Part shown: piece by piece, positions 51,407 to 61,175 of the stretch
How the letters are laid out: every line of letters begins with the position of its first letter
Position numbering within the stretch: the first letter of the stretch is position 1
Origin: Bacteroidota bacterium
GTDB taxonomy: Bacteria; Bacteroidota; Bacteroidia; UKL13-3
Length of the DNA: 64,000 nucleotides
Direction: 5' to 3'
NCBI GenBank assembly: GCA_947464275.1
Contig: CANHVU010000014.1
Span: 10,324 to 74,323, forward strand
Program-made: the position numbers and the translations under genes
Notes under the pieces: generated by a model
What the model saw: the letters and a program-made list of their open reading frames with translations, nothing else
Databases searched by the model: none
What the model was told of the DNA's origin: nothing

Positions 51407-52492
51407 ATGAAAGTATTTAACAAAATAGTTTTGTTTTTAAATTGGGCGCTAATATTACTTTTGTTAGGTGCGTATTTAGCAGCTTTTATTAGTCCTGTTC
51501 AATTGTGGTTTGTGGCGTTTTTAGGTTTAGCATTTCCTATCATTTTCATTGCCAATTCATTTTTTGTGCTGTATTGGTTAATTAATTTAAATTGGAATAT
51601 TATTTATTCATTGGTAGCCTTAATTATTGGAATTAATGTTAGCCAACGTTTTTTACAATTTGGCACGAAAAAAGAAAATGTAAGTGACAACTACATCAAT
51701 ATTGTTGACTTTAATACTCATGCATTTGATGCTTTTGAAGATGGGGATTATGCACCTGAATTATTTTTTGAAACATTAAATGAGATCAAACCAGATGTAA
51801 TGTGTTTTCAAGAATTTGTTTCTTATAACACCTCAAAAGATAAAAGAATGTTTAAAATGTTAATTAACAATTATAAGCATTTTGATAAGTTCAATATGCA
51901 AGATATTGAAGATAAAATTACAGGTTACAGTATCAGTATTTTAAGCAGATATCCTATAGTTAATTCAGGTTTTGTAGAAAGAATTAATTCAAACGGCAAT
52001 GCCACTATTTTTGCAGATATTAAGTATAAAAACGATACCATTCGAATAATTAATACCCACTTAAAATCAATTGCTTTCGATAAAAAAGACTATCAAACTG
52101 TAGCTGAAATTGAAGATAATAGTAATAAAAAAGAGGTGGACATTTTAGATATAAAAAATATAGCTGGAAAACTTAAAAGAGCTTTTGTTACTCGTTCGAA
52201 GCAAGCTGAATTTATTCAAAAATTCATTCAAAAATCACCCTATAAAATAATTTTAACAGGCGATTTTAACGATTCGCCAGCTAGTTATGCTTACAACATA
52301 ATTAAAGGTGATATGAAAGATGCATTTATTGAAAGTGGTTCGGGTTTTAGCTCAACTTATATTGGAAAAATGCCTTCGTTTAGAATTGATTATATTTTGG
52401 CAGATAAAAATTTTGAAATTGTAAATTACAAGCCTTATAAAATGAATTTTAGCGATCATAAAATGCTTAGTGCTACTGTTAAAATCAAGTAG
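51407..52492 (+). CDS. Endonuclease/exonuclease/phosphatase family membrane protein
   Basis: CFQE, THLKS, GDFND, IDYI, SDH; N-terminal TMs. Confidence 0.9.
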   Translation: MKVFNKIVLFLNWALILLLLGAYLAAFISPVQLWFVAFLGLAFPIIFIANSFFVLYWLINLNWNIIYSLVALIIGINVSQRFLQFGTKKENVSDNYINIVDFNTHAFDAFEDGDYAPELFFETLNEIKPDVMCFQEFVSYNTSKDKRMFKMLINNYKHFDKFNMQDIEDKITGYSISILSRYPIVNSGFVERINSNGNATIFADIKYKNDTIRIINTHLKSIAFDKKDYQTVAEIEDNSNKKEVDILDIKNIAGKLKRAFVTRSKQAEFIQKFIQKSPYKIILTGDFNDSPASYAYNIIKGDMKDAFIESGSGFSSTYIGKMPSFRIDYILADKNFEIVNYKPYKMNFSDHKMLSATVKIK

Positions 52493-52525
52493 TTTTTTAT
52501 AATTTTAATTCTGTATAATTGTAAA

Positions 52526-53443
52526 ATGGCTTTTGAAGTAACAATTTTAGGCAATAGTAGTGCATCGCCAGCACCCAATAGGCATCCAAGTGGTCAGTAT
52601 TTAAACATACTTGATCATCACATTCTTATCGATTGTGGCGAAGGAACTCAAATGCAATTGCAACGCTATAAAATTAAGAAATCTCGCATTAACCAAATAT
52701 TTATTAGCCATGTTCATGGCGATCATATTTTGGGTTTACCGGGTTTGTTACTCAGTATGAATTTAATGGGTCGCGAAGCTCCAGTTGATATTTATGGTCC
52801 AAAGGAATTGTTCGAAATTTTAAATGTATTTTTTAAATACAGCGATACACGTTTTAGCTTTGAGTTAAATTATCATACTGTTGACCCCAATAAAACGGAA
52901 GTAATTTTTGAAAATATTTACTACAAAGTAATTTCATTTCCCTTGTTTCACAGAGTTCCAACTGCTGGTTTTTTGTTTCAAGAACGCAGCAAATTACGCA
53001 AGTTAAATGTAGAAGCTTGCGAAAAAATGAAAGTTCCGTTTACGCATTTTAACGATTTAAAACGCGGACGCGATTATTTAAGTCCAGATGGTAAAACGCA
53101 TATCAAAAACGAATTATTAACTTTTGATCCAGGTAAGCCAATAACTTATGCTTATTGCAGCGATACTATTTTTGACGAAAGAGTAATTCAATCAGTGCAA
53201 GAAGCAGATATACTTTACCACGAAGCTACTTTTATGCACGATAAATTGGCAAGAGCCATTGATACCATGCATACCACTGCCAAACAAGCAGGAATAGTAG
53301 CTAGCAATGCCAATGTAGAAAAATTAATTATTGGCCATTTTAGCGCACGTTACGATGATTTGCAACCTTTGTTAGCCGAGGCTAGAACTGAGTTTGCCAA
53401 TACCGATATAGCTGATGAAGGACGCACTTTTATTATGGAATAA
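52526..53443 (+). CDS. rnz: Ribonuclease Z
   Basis: DCGEGTQ, SHVHGDH, YCSDT, HEATF, GHFSARY. Confidence 0.95.
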   Translation: MAFEVTILGNSSASPAPNRHPSGQYLNILDHHILIDCGEGTQMQLQRYKIKKSRINQIFISHVHGDHILGLPGLLLSMNLMGREAPVDIYGPKELFEILNVFFKYSDTRFSFELNYHTVDPNKTEVIFENIYYKVISFPLFHRVPTAGFLFQERSKLRKLNVEACEKMKVPFTHFNDLKRGRDYLSPDGKTHIKNELLTFDPGKPITYAYCSDTIFDERVIQSVQEADILYHEATFMHDKLARAIDTMHTTAKQAGIVASNANVEKLIIGHFSARYDDLQPLLAEARTEFANTDIADEGRTFIME

Positions 53444-53608
53444 CTAACACAGATTAGCTGATTAAGTGATTTTCTAATTGTTTAATAGGCTTGATTTGAA
53501 TGCTTGGATATTATTTTTTTCAAACCTTTTTATTTTTAATTTAATTAAATGGTTTTGTAAAATATACAAAGCAATAAAAAACTTATATTTGCCCTCTTTT
53601 ATTTATAC

Positions 53609-54487
53609 ATGCAAACATTTACACCTAACAATTGGCAGCAATACGAACTTTTAGATTGTGGCGATTTTGAAAAGCTAGAAAAATTTGGTTCATTGGTTTT
53701 ACGCAGACCTGAACCTCAAGCTTTATGGAGTAAAAAATGGAGCGAACAAGAGTGGCAAAAATTAACCGATATTACTTTTAAACCTCGCACTAGCCATAGT
53801 GGCGAATGGATAAAAAAGAATAAAACTGCAGGCGAACGTTGGAAAATGAACTACAAACACAACGATTTGAACCTGAACTTTAATTTAGCGCTTACTTCGT
53901 TTAAGCATGTAGGCATTTTTCCTGAACAAGCCGCTAATTGGGATTATATTTTCCAAAACTTAAAAAAGGTAAAAGGTGAGCAACCTAGGTTTTTAAATTT
54001 ATTTGCTTACACAGGTGGCGCAAGTATAGCTGCTAAAGCTGCTGGAGCCGATGTTACCCACGTTGATAGTGTGAAACAAGTAATTACTTGGAGTAAAGAA
54101 AATATGGAATCTTCTGGCTTAAGCGACATACGTTGGGTGGTGGAAGATGCCATGAAATTTGTAAAACGCGAAGTAAAACGTGGTAAAACTTACCATGGAA
54201 TTATTTTAGATCCTCCTGCATACGGAATTGGTGCCAATGGCGAACGTTGGCAGTTAGAAAATAGCATTAATGAGTTACTGCAAGATGTGGCCAAAATTTT
54301 AGAGCCCAATAACCATTTTTTGATTTTAAATGTTTACTCTCTTGGTTTAAGTGCCTTGGTGGTTCAAAATTTAGTGGAAAGTAATTTTAAACAAACCAAA
54401 AACTTAGATTTTGGTGAATTATATCTACAGGGAAAATCAGGTATTCAATTGCCTTTAGGAATAGTTGGCAGGTATAGTTTATTGTAG
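53609..54487 (+). CDS. Class I SAM-dependent methyltransferase (RlmI/RlmK-like)
   Basis: HVGIFPEQ, LNLFAYTGG, ILDPPAY. Confidence 0.88.
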   Translation: MQTFTPNNWQQYELLDCGDFEKLEKFGSLVLRRPEPQALWSKKWSEQEWQKLTDITFKPRTSHSGEWIKKNKTAGERWKMNYKHNDLNLNFNLALTSFKHVGIFPEQAANWDYIFQNLKKVKGEQPRFLNLFAYTGGASIAAKAAGADVTHVDSVKQVITWSKENMESSGLSDIRWVVEDAMKFVKREVKRGKTYHGIILDPPAYGIGANGERWQLENSINELLQDVAKILEPNNHFLILNVYSLGLSALVVQNLVESNFKQTKNLDFGELYLQGKSGIQLPLGIVGRYSLL

Positions 54488-54577
54488 ATTTAAGCTCTTC
54501 TTAACTTCAGTTTATTATCCTACAATTAATAGTCGATTATCTAATTGAGTTCGGAAAATTTTCTATTCAGTAAATTT

Positions 54578-55165
54578 TTACAATTTTCCAGCCAATCGTA
54601 ACTTTTCATTTATGTTGGCAGCATTCAATTGAATTTGAGGCCTAATTTTATTGAACGCATCTAATATTGCATCAGAATAAGATTTTCTCGCTGCATTTGA
54701 TAGCGAATAACCATAATACATTGCAGCTTTTACCCTTGATTCACCTATTGCAGAGTATTTACTAATTAATTTATTATCTCTATCCATTATTCTAATTTCT
54801 ACTTCTACTTTATAGCTAATATTCGAGCAAGGAAACCCAAATAAAGTGGGAACATATAGTAAAATTGCTGATGGAATAAGATAGCCCATTCCGTGATTCA
54901 CTTTAATAATATTTTTCTTTAAAGCTATATAACCATATTTGTCACCATAAGGATCTATAAGGTTATTTTCTACTTCTTTAGTAAATAGTATTAACTCATC
55001 TCCATTTGCAACTACAGTTGTATTTGATAAATCCTCTATTCTTCTTTCTAGTGTAAGAAGTTTGGGAGTTAATGGATCATTTTTGGGCACTAACATTGAA
55101 GAATCCCATGATTTGCACCCAGTAAAAATAACTAGACTTAATAAATAGAAAATTGTTTTGTTCAT
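54578..55165 (-). CDS. Hypothetical lipoprotein
   Basis: Lipobox FTGC; one internal hydrophobic segment. Confidence 0.7.
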   Translation of the reverse strand: MNKTIFYLLSLVIFTGCKSWDSSMLVPKNDPLTPKLLTLERRIEDLSNTTVVANGDELILFTKEVENNLIDPYGDKYGYIALKKNIIKVNHGMGYLIPSAILLYVPTLFGFPCSNISYKVEVEIRIMDRDNKLISKYSAIGESRVKAAMYYGYSLSNAARKSYSDAILDAFNKIRPQIQLNAANINEKLRLAGKL

Positions 55166-55259
55166 TTTATAACCGTTTAATAATAATTCTAATCAACAAT
55201 AATAATAATTTTCATTCATTTTTTTTTTAAGTTTATTACCAATTATTAGTTTATGATAG

Positions 55260-55511
55260 CTAGGTATTTTTTTTCCGTTTTTTCATCATTATTTCTAAAT
55301 GATTTTGAGGGTTAAAGTCAGAATTTATGCCACTATTTATACCTTCGTCAATAGCTTTTTTAAGCGCAATTAGTTTGTTTTCTTCTATTTCAAGTAAACG
55401 TAATCCTGCTCTAATTACTTCACTCGCATTTTGATAACGACCTAATGAAAGGCTTTCTTCCACAAAGGTTTCAAAATGATCTCCTAGTGATATTGATGTA
55501 TTTTTCCCCAT
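55260..55511 (-). CDS. parD: ParD-family (ribbon-helix-helix) antitoxin, orphan
   Basis: NTSISLGDHF...GRYQNASEVIRAGLRLLE...AIDEGINSG. Confidence 0.88.
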   Translation of the reverse strand: MGKNTSISLGDHFETFVEESLSLGRYQNASEVIRAGLRLLEIEENKLIALKKAIDEGINSGINSDFNPQNHLEIMMKKRKKNT

Positions 55512-55526
55512 AATTATTTTTTACAC

Positions 55527-55551
55527 AAAATTACCAAATTTTGGTAATTTT
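55527..55551. promoter_or_regulatory. Probable ParD autoregulatory operator
   Basis: Perfect 12-1-12 inverted repeat AAAATTACCAAA-T-TTTGGTAATTTT, 15 nt upstream of the ATG. Confidence 0.65.
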
Positions 55552-55598
55552 CAATTTTTTTATTTACCCCAAATTAATCTTCTAATTTTGTAATTAAA

Positions 55599-56162
55599 CT
55601 AAACCTTCAACATTCCTCTAAATCCTCTGGCTGCGTAATACGATTGTGCTCCATTATGATATACAAATACATGGTTATACCTAAAATCGGCAAATAAGGC
55701 TCCTCCAAGTTTTCTAATGGGTGCAGGGGTTTCTATCCAACTCGATGTTTTTGCATCAAAATTTCCTAACTGCAATAGGTTTCGGTATTGCGTTTCGTTT
55801 AATAGAGTGATGCCCATTTCTGTTGCCATATTCAATGCACTGCCCGCAGGTTTGTTTTCTTTTCGAGCATCTAAAGCTTCATTGTCAAAACACAAACTTC
55901 TGCGTCCGCTAGGGCTTTCGGCCGAACAATCAACAAAAATAAATTCATTGGTTTTCGTGTCAAAGTTTATTACATCAGGCTCGCCACCTGTAATTTCCAT
56001 TTGGTTAAGCGACCATAGTTTTTGTTTGTTTTCACTCAGGTCTAACTTTGCTTGCACCTTTGCCCAATCTATATTTGCATGGCGATTGGTATGTTTTTCG
56101 AAACGATTTTTCAAAGTTTCTATTAACTTTTTAGCATCTTCAGCGGATAATTCTTTTTTCAT
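55599..56162 (-). CDS. DUF4256-like protein
   Basis: TGGEPDV, DCSAESPSGRRSLC, YHNGAQSYYAARGFRG. Confidence 0.85.
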   Translation of the reverse strand: MKKELSAEDAKKLIETLKNRFEKHTNRHANIDWAKVQAKLDLSENKQKLWSLNQMEITGGEPDVINFDTKTNEFIFVDCSAESPSGRRSLCFDNEALDARKENKPAGSALNMATEMGITLLNETQYRNLLQLGNFDAKTSSWIETPAPIRKLGGALFADFRYNHVFVYHNGAQSYYAARGFRGMLKV

Positions 56163-56186
56163 AAAATGTATTTAGTCCAAGTATGT

Positions 56187-56765
56187 TTAATCATTTAATC
56201 CTTTGCCTTCAAAAATTTGAGGAATATATTTTTCAATTCTTGCCTCGCGGGTTTTAGCTTGTTTAGGTTGAGCAAAGTGTAATAAATAGCCACGTTGCCT
56301 GCCAGGAGTTAGTGCTTCAAAAGCTTTCTTTAGTTCTGTACTTTGGTTTAATTTTAGTTGAAACTCTTCAGGAATTTCGTATTCAGTAGTTTTTTTAAGT
56401 GTAACTTTTAAACCTGCTTTTTCTACTTCAATGGCTTCAAAAATGTATGTTTTTATTATTGCTTCTTGCTCGGTTACTTGGGCTAAATTGGTAAACCTAA
56501 TTTGGCGGGTAGCTTGTACATTTTTCGATTGTTGAATTAACATATCGTGCGTATCAGTAAGCAAAGCACCTTTAAAAAACAAAAACGCGCAATACTCTTT
56601 AAAAGTATGAATAGGTATTATGTTGTTTTCTTGAAAAGTATAACATGGTGTTCCCCATTTTAACTCTTCGGTTAAGTTGCAGCTAAGGGCTATGGCTCGC
56701 ATTTTTGTAATTTCTTGCTGCCATTTTTGTTCTTTGGTAAAATAAAAATCAACCTTTGGGTTCAT
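56187..56765 (-). CDS. YdeI/OmpD-associated (DUF1801) family protein
   Basis: EELKWGTPCY, FFKGALL, LTPGRQRGY. Confidence 0.88.
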   Translation of the reverse strand: MNPKVDFYFTKEQKWQQEITKMRAIALSCNLTEELKWGTPCYTFQENNIIPIHTFKEYCAFLFFKGALLTDTHDMLIQQSKNVQATRQIRFTNLAQVTEQEAIIKTYIFEAIEVEKAGLKVTLKKTTEYEIPEEFQLKLNQSTELKKAFEALTPGRQRGYLLHFAQPKQAKTREARIEKYIPQIFEGKGLND

Positions 56766-56821
56766 ATGGGTAAAATGTAATCAAACTTAATCTTTTTATT
56801 ACAATTAGAAATTGATACCAT

Positions 56822-56854
56822 AAAAAAATCCGAAGTTTTTGGCTTCGGATTTTT
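56822..56854 (-). terminator. Intrinsic terminator
   Basis: AAAAATCCGAAG...CTTCGGATTTTT after the LytTR gene. Confidence 0.8.
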
Positions 56855-56859
56855 GTTTA

Positions 56860-57597
56860 TTACATTTTGTATTTTTTCTTAATTTGGAAGAAATAACTGC
56901 GGCTTATTTCGAAAGGTTTTTCAACTCCTTTTAGGTGTAAGCGGCCTGTATCGTTGGTCCATTTTTCAATTTTTTGAACGTTTAGCAAATTAACTATGGT
57001 TGAGCGATGGATTTGAATAAAAACATCAACCGGTAATTTGGCATCCCAGTTCTTAATTGAATTATAGGTAATACTTAATTTACCATCCGTCATATACACT
57101 TTGGTATAGTTTCCATAAGCTTCTATATAGTTAATATCGCTTATTTTTATAAAATTCATTTTATTATCAAAGTTTAATAAAATGATTTGGTCAGATTGGA
57201 AGGTTTCATCGTTTTCGTTACCATTTTCTGCAGTTTCATCAACTGGTGAAGTAATTCTTTCAATGGCTTTACTAATTCGTTTTGAGCTAACTGGTTTAAT
57301 AATATAATCAACAGCGTTTAGTTCAAAAGCTTTTATAGCAAAGTTTTCGTGAGAGGTAATAAAAATAATTTTAGGTGTACAATTAATTTCGCCAATTAAA
57401 TCAATAGACGTTAATCCATTTAAATCAATATCTAAAAATAATAAATCGGGTTGTAATAAGTTAATGATATCTTTAGCTTCATCAAAAGTGGAAGCCTCGC
57501 CTACTAATTCTATATGTGGAAATTGCTCTAAAACCTTCTTTAAAGTAATACGCATTACTTCCACATCATCTACTAAAACTGCTCTAATATTTTTCAT
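56860..57597 (-). CDS. LytTR-family response regulator (no adjacent kinase)
   Basis: REC domain (VDD, FLDI, DYIIKP) plus LytTR domain (FIQIHRSTIVN). Confidence 0.92.
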   Translation of the reverse strand: MKNIRAVLVDDVEVMRITLKKVLEQFPHIELVGEASTFDEAKDIINLLQPDLLFLDIDLNGLTSIDLIGEINCTPKIIFITSHENFAIKAFELNAVDYIIKPVSSKRISKAIERITSPVDETAENGNENDETFQSDQIILLNFDNKMNFIKISDINYIEAYGNYTKVYMTDGKLSITYNSIKNWDAKLPVDVFIQIHRSTIVNLLNVQKIEKWTNDTGRLHLKGVEKPFEISRSYFFQIKKKYKM

Positions 57598-57833
57598 TGT
57601 AATTCAAAATTACATGTAAACAATTTAACTTTTATGTTTTACATGCCTCTAGTTAGCAAATTAAATACTTTCTTTTCACATCTGCATTAAATTCTACCAA
57701 AAAAAATTCACAGATTAAAGTTGTCAAAAAAAACTTACAACTAGTTTTTTTCTTGAGATTTATCAATTTTAAATTAAGCCATATTGGTTAATATAAACAA
57801 AATCAGAATATTAAAGGAAACAAAAAATATATA

Positions 57834-57861
57834 GGAAACTTTTTTTATATAAAAAGTTTCC
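57834..57861. promoter_or_regulatory. Probable TetR operator
   Basis: GGAAACTTTTT-ttatat-AAAAAGTTTCC inverted repeat upstream of tetR; further AAAGTT(T)C half-sites follow. Confidence 0.65.
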
Positions 57862-57908
57862 AAAGTTCATAAAGTTTCTCACATTTGCATACGAATTAAA
57901 GTAAAATA

Positions 57909-58529
57909 ATGGAACCCAAAGATAAGATATTGTTAGGTGCTAATGGCTTGTTTATGAAATATGGCTTTAAAAGCATCACTATGGACGATATAGCCAGAGA
58001 GTTAGGTGTTTCAAAAAAAACATTGTATCAATTTTTTGAGGATAAAAACGATTTGGTTAATCAAACCATAGATTTTCATATAGAGTCGGATATGCAAATT
58101 TGTTGTAGCATTGAAAACGAAGGTCATGACCCAATTGAGTTTATGCTTGAAATGAGTAAGTCAATTACCGAAAAACACCGAAAAGTAAATGTTTCTGTGC
58201 TTTTTGATTTGAGAAAATATTTTAAAGCTGCTTGGGATAAGTTTGATAATTTCAAATCGAATTTTATTTACACCCAAATGTTAAATAATATAAATAAAGG
58301 AAAAGAACTTGGTTTATATCGACAAGATATTGTTTCAGAATTAATAGCAAAATTATATGTACATAGCATTGACTTCATGATGAAACCCGAACTTTACCAA
58401 GAAATTAGTACCGATTTTCAGTATATACACCAAGAAATTTTAAGACACCATTTACGAGGAATTTGTACTGAAAAAGGCTTAAAGAGAATTGATAAATTAA
58501 TAGAAAACCAACACAATAACACAAAATAA
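57909..58529 (+). CDS. TetR/AcrR family regulator
   Basis: GFKSITMDDIARELGVSKKTLYQFF HTH. Confidence 0.93.
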   Translation: MEPKDKILLGANGLFMKYGFKSITMDDIARELGVSKKTLYQFFEDKNDLVNQTIDFHIESDMQICCSIENEGHDPIEFMLEMSKSITEKHRKVNVSVLFDLRKYFKAAWDKFDNFKSNFIYTQMLNNINKGKELGLYRQDIVSELIAKLYVHSIDFMMKPELYQEISTDFQYIHQEILRHHLRGICTEKGLKRIDKLIENQHNNTK

Positions 58530-58535
58530 ATAAGT

Positions 58536-59924
58536 ATGATTACTAGAAGTTACATGCTCATAGTAGCAACGTTGTTAAGCATAAATATGCTTTACGCTCA
58601 GCAAAATGTAGAAGTTAAAAAATTGTCATTGCTGGAGGCAATTTCATATGGAAAACAAAATAATGCAACAATTAAAAATGCTAGACTAGATGAGTTATCG
58701 TCTAAAAAATCAGTAAATGAACTTTTGGCCAATGGATTACCCCAAGCCAATGCCGAACTTTCCTACAACCATAATATTGATATTCCAGTTACTCCGCTAC
58801 CTGATTTTATTACTCCTTCGGTTATTGGAGCTAACCAGGCTTATTTTGGATTAACACCCACAAAACAGTTTGTTCCAGGCACTCCAGTGCCAGTTCAGTT
58901 TGGACAAAAGAATTCAGCAACGGCAAGTTTAACCATTGGACAGCTATTGTTTGACGGTACATTTTTTTTGGGGGTGAAAGCAGCTAAAGAATATGTAAAG
59001 CTTTCTACCTTAACTACTCGCAAATCAGAAATTGATGTAGAAACAGATGTAACCAAAGCATATTACTTTGTATTGATTAATGAAGAGCGCCTCATTCAAG
59101 TGAATAAAAATATTGGACTATTAGAAAAAAGTTTAAGCGATTTACGCGAAACGTATAAAGCAGGTTTAGTTGAGAAAATAGAAGTAGATAGATTGGAGTT
59201 AAGTTATTCAAATGCAAAAATTCAGCGTGACCAGTTGAAAGATGGAATAACAATTTCATACCAAGTCTTAAAATTAAATATGGGTGCTAAAGCTTCTGAT
59301 AGCTTAATTTTAACAGAAAAATTAAGTAATTTATCAGATCAACTTAAACCTAATTATGATTTGACAGGAGGTGACTACAATAAGAGAATAGAATACCAAA
59401 TGGCAGAGCAAGGTTTATTACTAAATAAATTAGACAGAAAACGTTATCTAACTGGTTATTTGCCCACTATCACAGCGTTTGCATCAATTGGAAAGAATAC
59501 TTTTTCGACTAATTTTTCAGATTTAGGGAATCAATGGTTTCCGTCAACAATTGTTGGAGGAAAATTGAGTTTGCCAGTTTTTGATGGGTTTAGAAAGCAT
59601 GCACAAACTCAAAAAGCATCAATTGCTATTCAAAAAACTGAGAACTTGAAAAAGAATTTAGAGAATGCAATTGAGTTAGAAAGATATTCAGCAAAAACAA
59701 CTTATTTAAGAACCAATGAACAAGTAAATGCTCAAAAGCAAAATGTAGAATTAGCAGAGCAAATTTATTACAGAGCACAGTTAAAATTAAAAGAAGGAGT
59801 AAGTTCAAGCACTGAATTATTATTAGCTGAAACAGACTTGAAAAATGCTCAAACAAGCTATCTAAGTGCCATGTATGATTTAATGATAGCTCAAATCAAT
59901 GTAAGAAAATCAATAGGATATTAA
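58536..59924 (+). CDS. TolC family outer-membrane efflux protein
   Basis: Signal peptide, LSLLEAI, LPVFDG, long amphipathic helices; operon context. Confidence 0.92.
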   Translation: MITRSYMLIVATLLSINMLYAQQNVEVKKLSLLEAISYGKQNNATIKNARLDELSSKKSVNELLANGLPQANAELSYNHNIDIPVTPLPDFITPSVIGANQAYFGLTPTKQFVPGTPVPVQFGQKNSATASLTIGQLLFDGTFFLGVKAAKEYVKLSTLTTRKSEIDVETDVTKAYYFVLINEERLIQVNKNIGLLEKSLSDLRETYKAGLVEKIEVDRLELSYSNAKIQRDQLKDGITISYQVLKLNMGAKASDSLILTEKLSNLSDQLKPNYDLTGGDYNKRIEYQMAEQGLLLNKLDRKRYLTGYLPTITAFASIGKNTFSTNFSDLGNQWFPSTIVGGKLSLPVFDGFRKHAQTQKASIAIQKTENLKKNLENAIELERYSAKTTYLRTNEQVNAQKQNVELAEQIYYRAQLKLKEGVSSSTELLLAETDLKNAQTSYLSAMYDLMIAQINVRKSIGY

Positions 59925-59943
59925 TAATTAAAACATAAAAATA

Positions 59944-61077
59944 ATGAAAAACGCAAAAGTAATAATTGCCATTTTATCAGTTATAAGCATCATAATGACT
60001 TCATGTGGTGGCAATACAATTGAAAAGAAACAAGCTAAGCTTGAAAAATTAAAAACTCAGCAAACTGAGTTAACTGCCGAAATTAAAGCGCTTGAAGAAG
60101 AAATAAAATTAAGCGGTGTTAAAACTGAAAAACGCGAAAAAATAGTGAATGTGGCGGTTACAAATGTTGAAACCTCAAACTTTAAACATTTTATTGATGT
60201 TCAAGGAAGAGTAGATGGTGATGAAAACACTACTATCAGTGCTAAAGTTCCAGGCTTGGTATTAAATGTGTTGGTTAAACCAGGTTCGGTAGTTAAAGCT
60301 GGCCAAGTATTAGCTGAGTTAGATGGAAATGCCATTCGCAAACAAATTCAATCAATGGAGACTAACTTAAGTTTAGTTACCGAATTGTATAACAAACAAA
60401 AAGCTTTATGGGAAAAACAAGTAGGTTCTGAAATTCAGTTCAAACAAGCTAAAACCAACAAAGAATCGTTAGAGCAACAAATTTCATCAATGCGCGAACA
60501 ATTATCTATGTATAAAATTACTTCGCCAGTTAATGGAACTATTGATGTAGTAAATTTAAAAGTGGGTCAAACTGCTGCTCCGGGAATGCCTTATTTTTCA
60601 ATAGTTAACTTTAATAAATTAAAAGTAAAAGCTGACGTAGCTGAAAGTTATGCTAATAAAATTAAACAAGGAAATGATGTTGTTATAACTTTCCCTGATA
60701 TAAATAAAACAATCAATACTAAAATTACTTATAGTGGAAAAGGTATTAGTGCTTTAAACAGAACTTTTGGTGTAGAAGTAGCTTTACCAAGCGATGACAG
60801 CTATTTACCAAATATGATTGCAGTTGTTAAAATTATTGATTATGCTAAAAACGATGTAATAGTAATTCCTGTAAATTGTATTCAAAATGCAGATGGCGAA
60901 AACTTTGTATACGTTGCAGTTAAAGAAGGTAGCAGAACCATTGCAAAAAAACGTGTGGTAAATGTTGGTGTTACTTACAATGATAAAGCTGAAATTATTG
61001 GTGGCATTGCAAAAGGTGAACAATTAATTACCGATGGTTACAGTGACTTAAATGATGGTGAGCTAATTAAATTTTAA
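59944..61077 (+). CDS. RND efflux periplasmic adaptor (MFP), lipoprotein
   Basis: Lipobox MTSC; VKPGSVVKAGQVLAEL and ITSPVNGTI lipoyl-like halves. Confidence 0.92.
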   Translation: MKNAKVIIAILSVISIIMTSCGGNTIEKKQAKLEKLKTQQTELTAEIKALEEEIKLSGVKTEKREKIVNVAVTNVETSNFKHFIDVQGRVDGDENTTISAKVPGLVLNVLVKPGSVVKAGQVLAELDGNAIRKQIQSMETNLSLVTELYNKQKALWEKQVGSEIQFKQAKTNKESLEQQISSMREQLSMYKITSPVNGTIDVVNLKVGQTAAPGMPYFSIVNFNKLKVKADVAESYANKIKQGNDVVITFPDINKTINTKITYSGKGISALNRTFGVEVALPSDDSYLPNMIAVVKIIDYAKNDVIVIPVNCIQNADGENFVYVAVKEGSRTIAKKRVVNVGVTYNDKAEIIGGIAKGEQLITDGYSDLNDGELIKF

Positions 61078-61175
61078 AATAGCCTCTGGCTATTAATTAC
61101 TAAAAATTAAATTATAAAAAATTATAGCTAAGGTAATCTAGATAGTAAAATCCAAAAGCATTAATCATAAAAATT

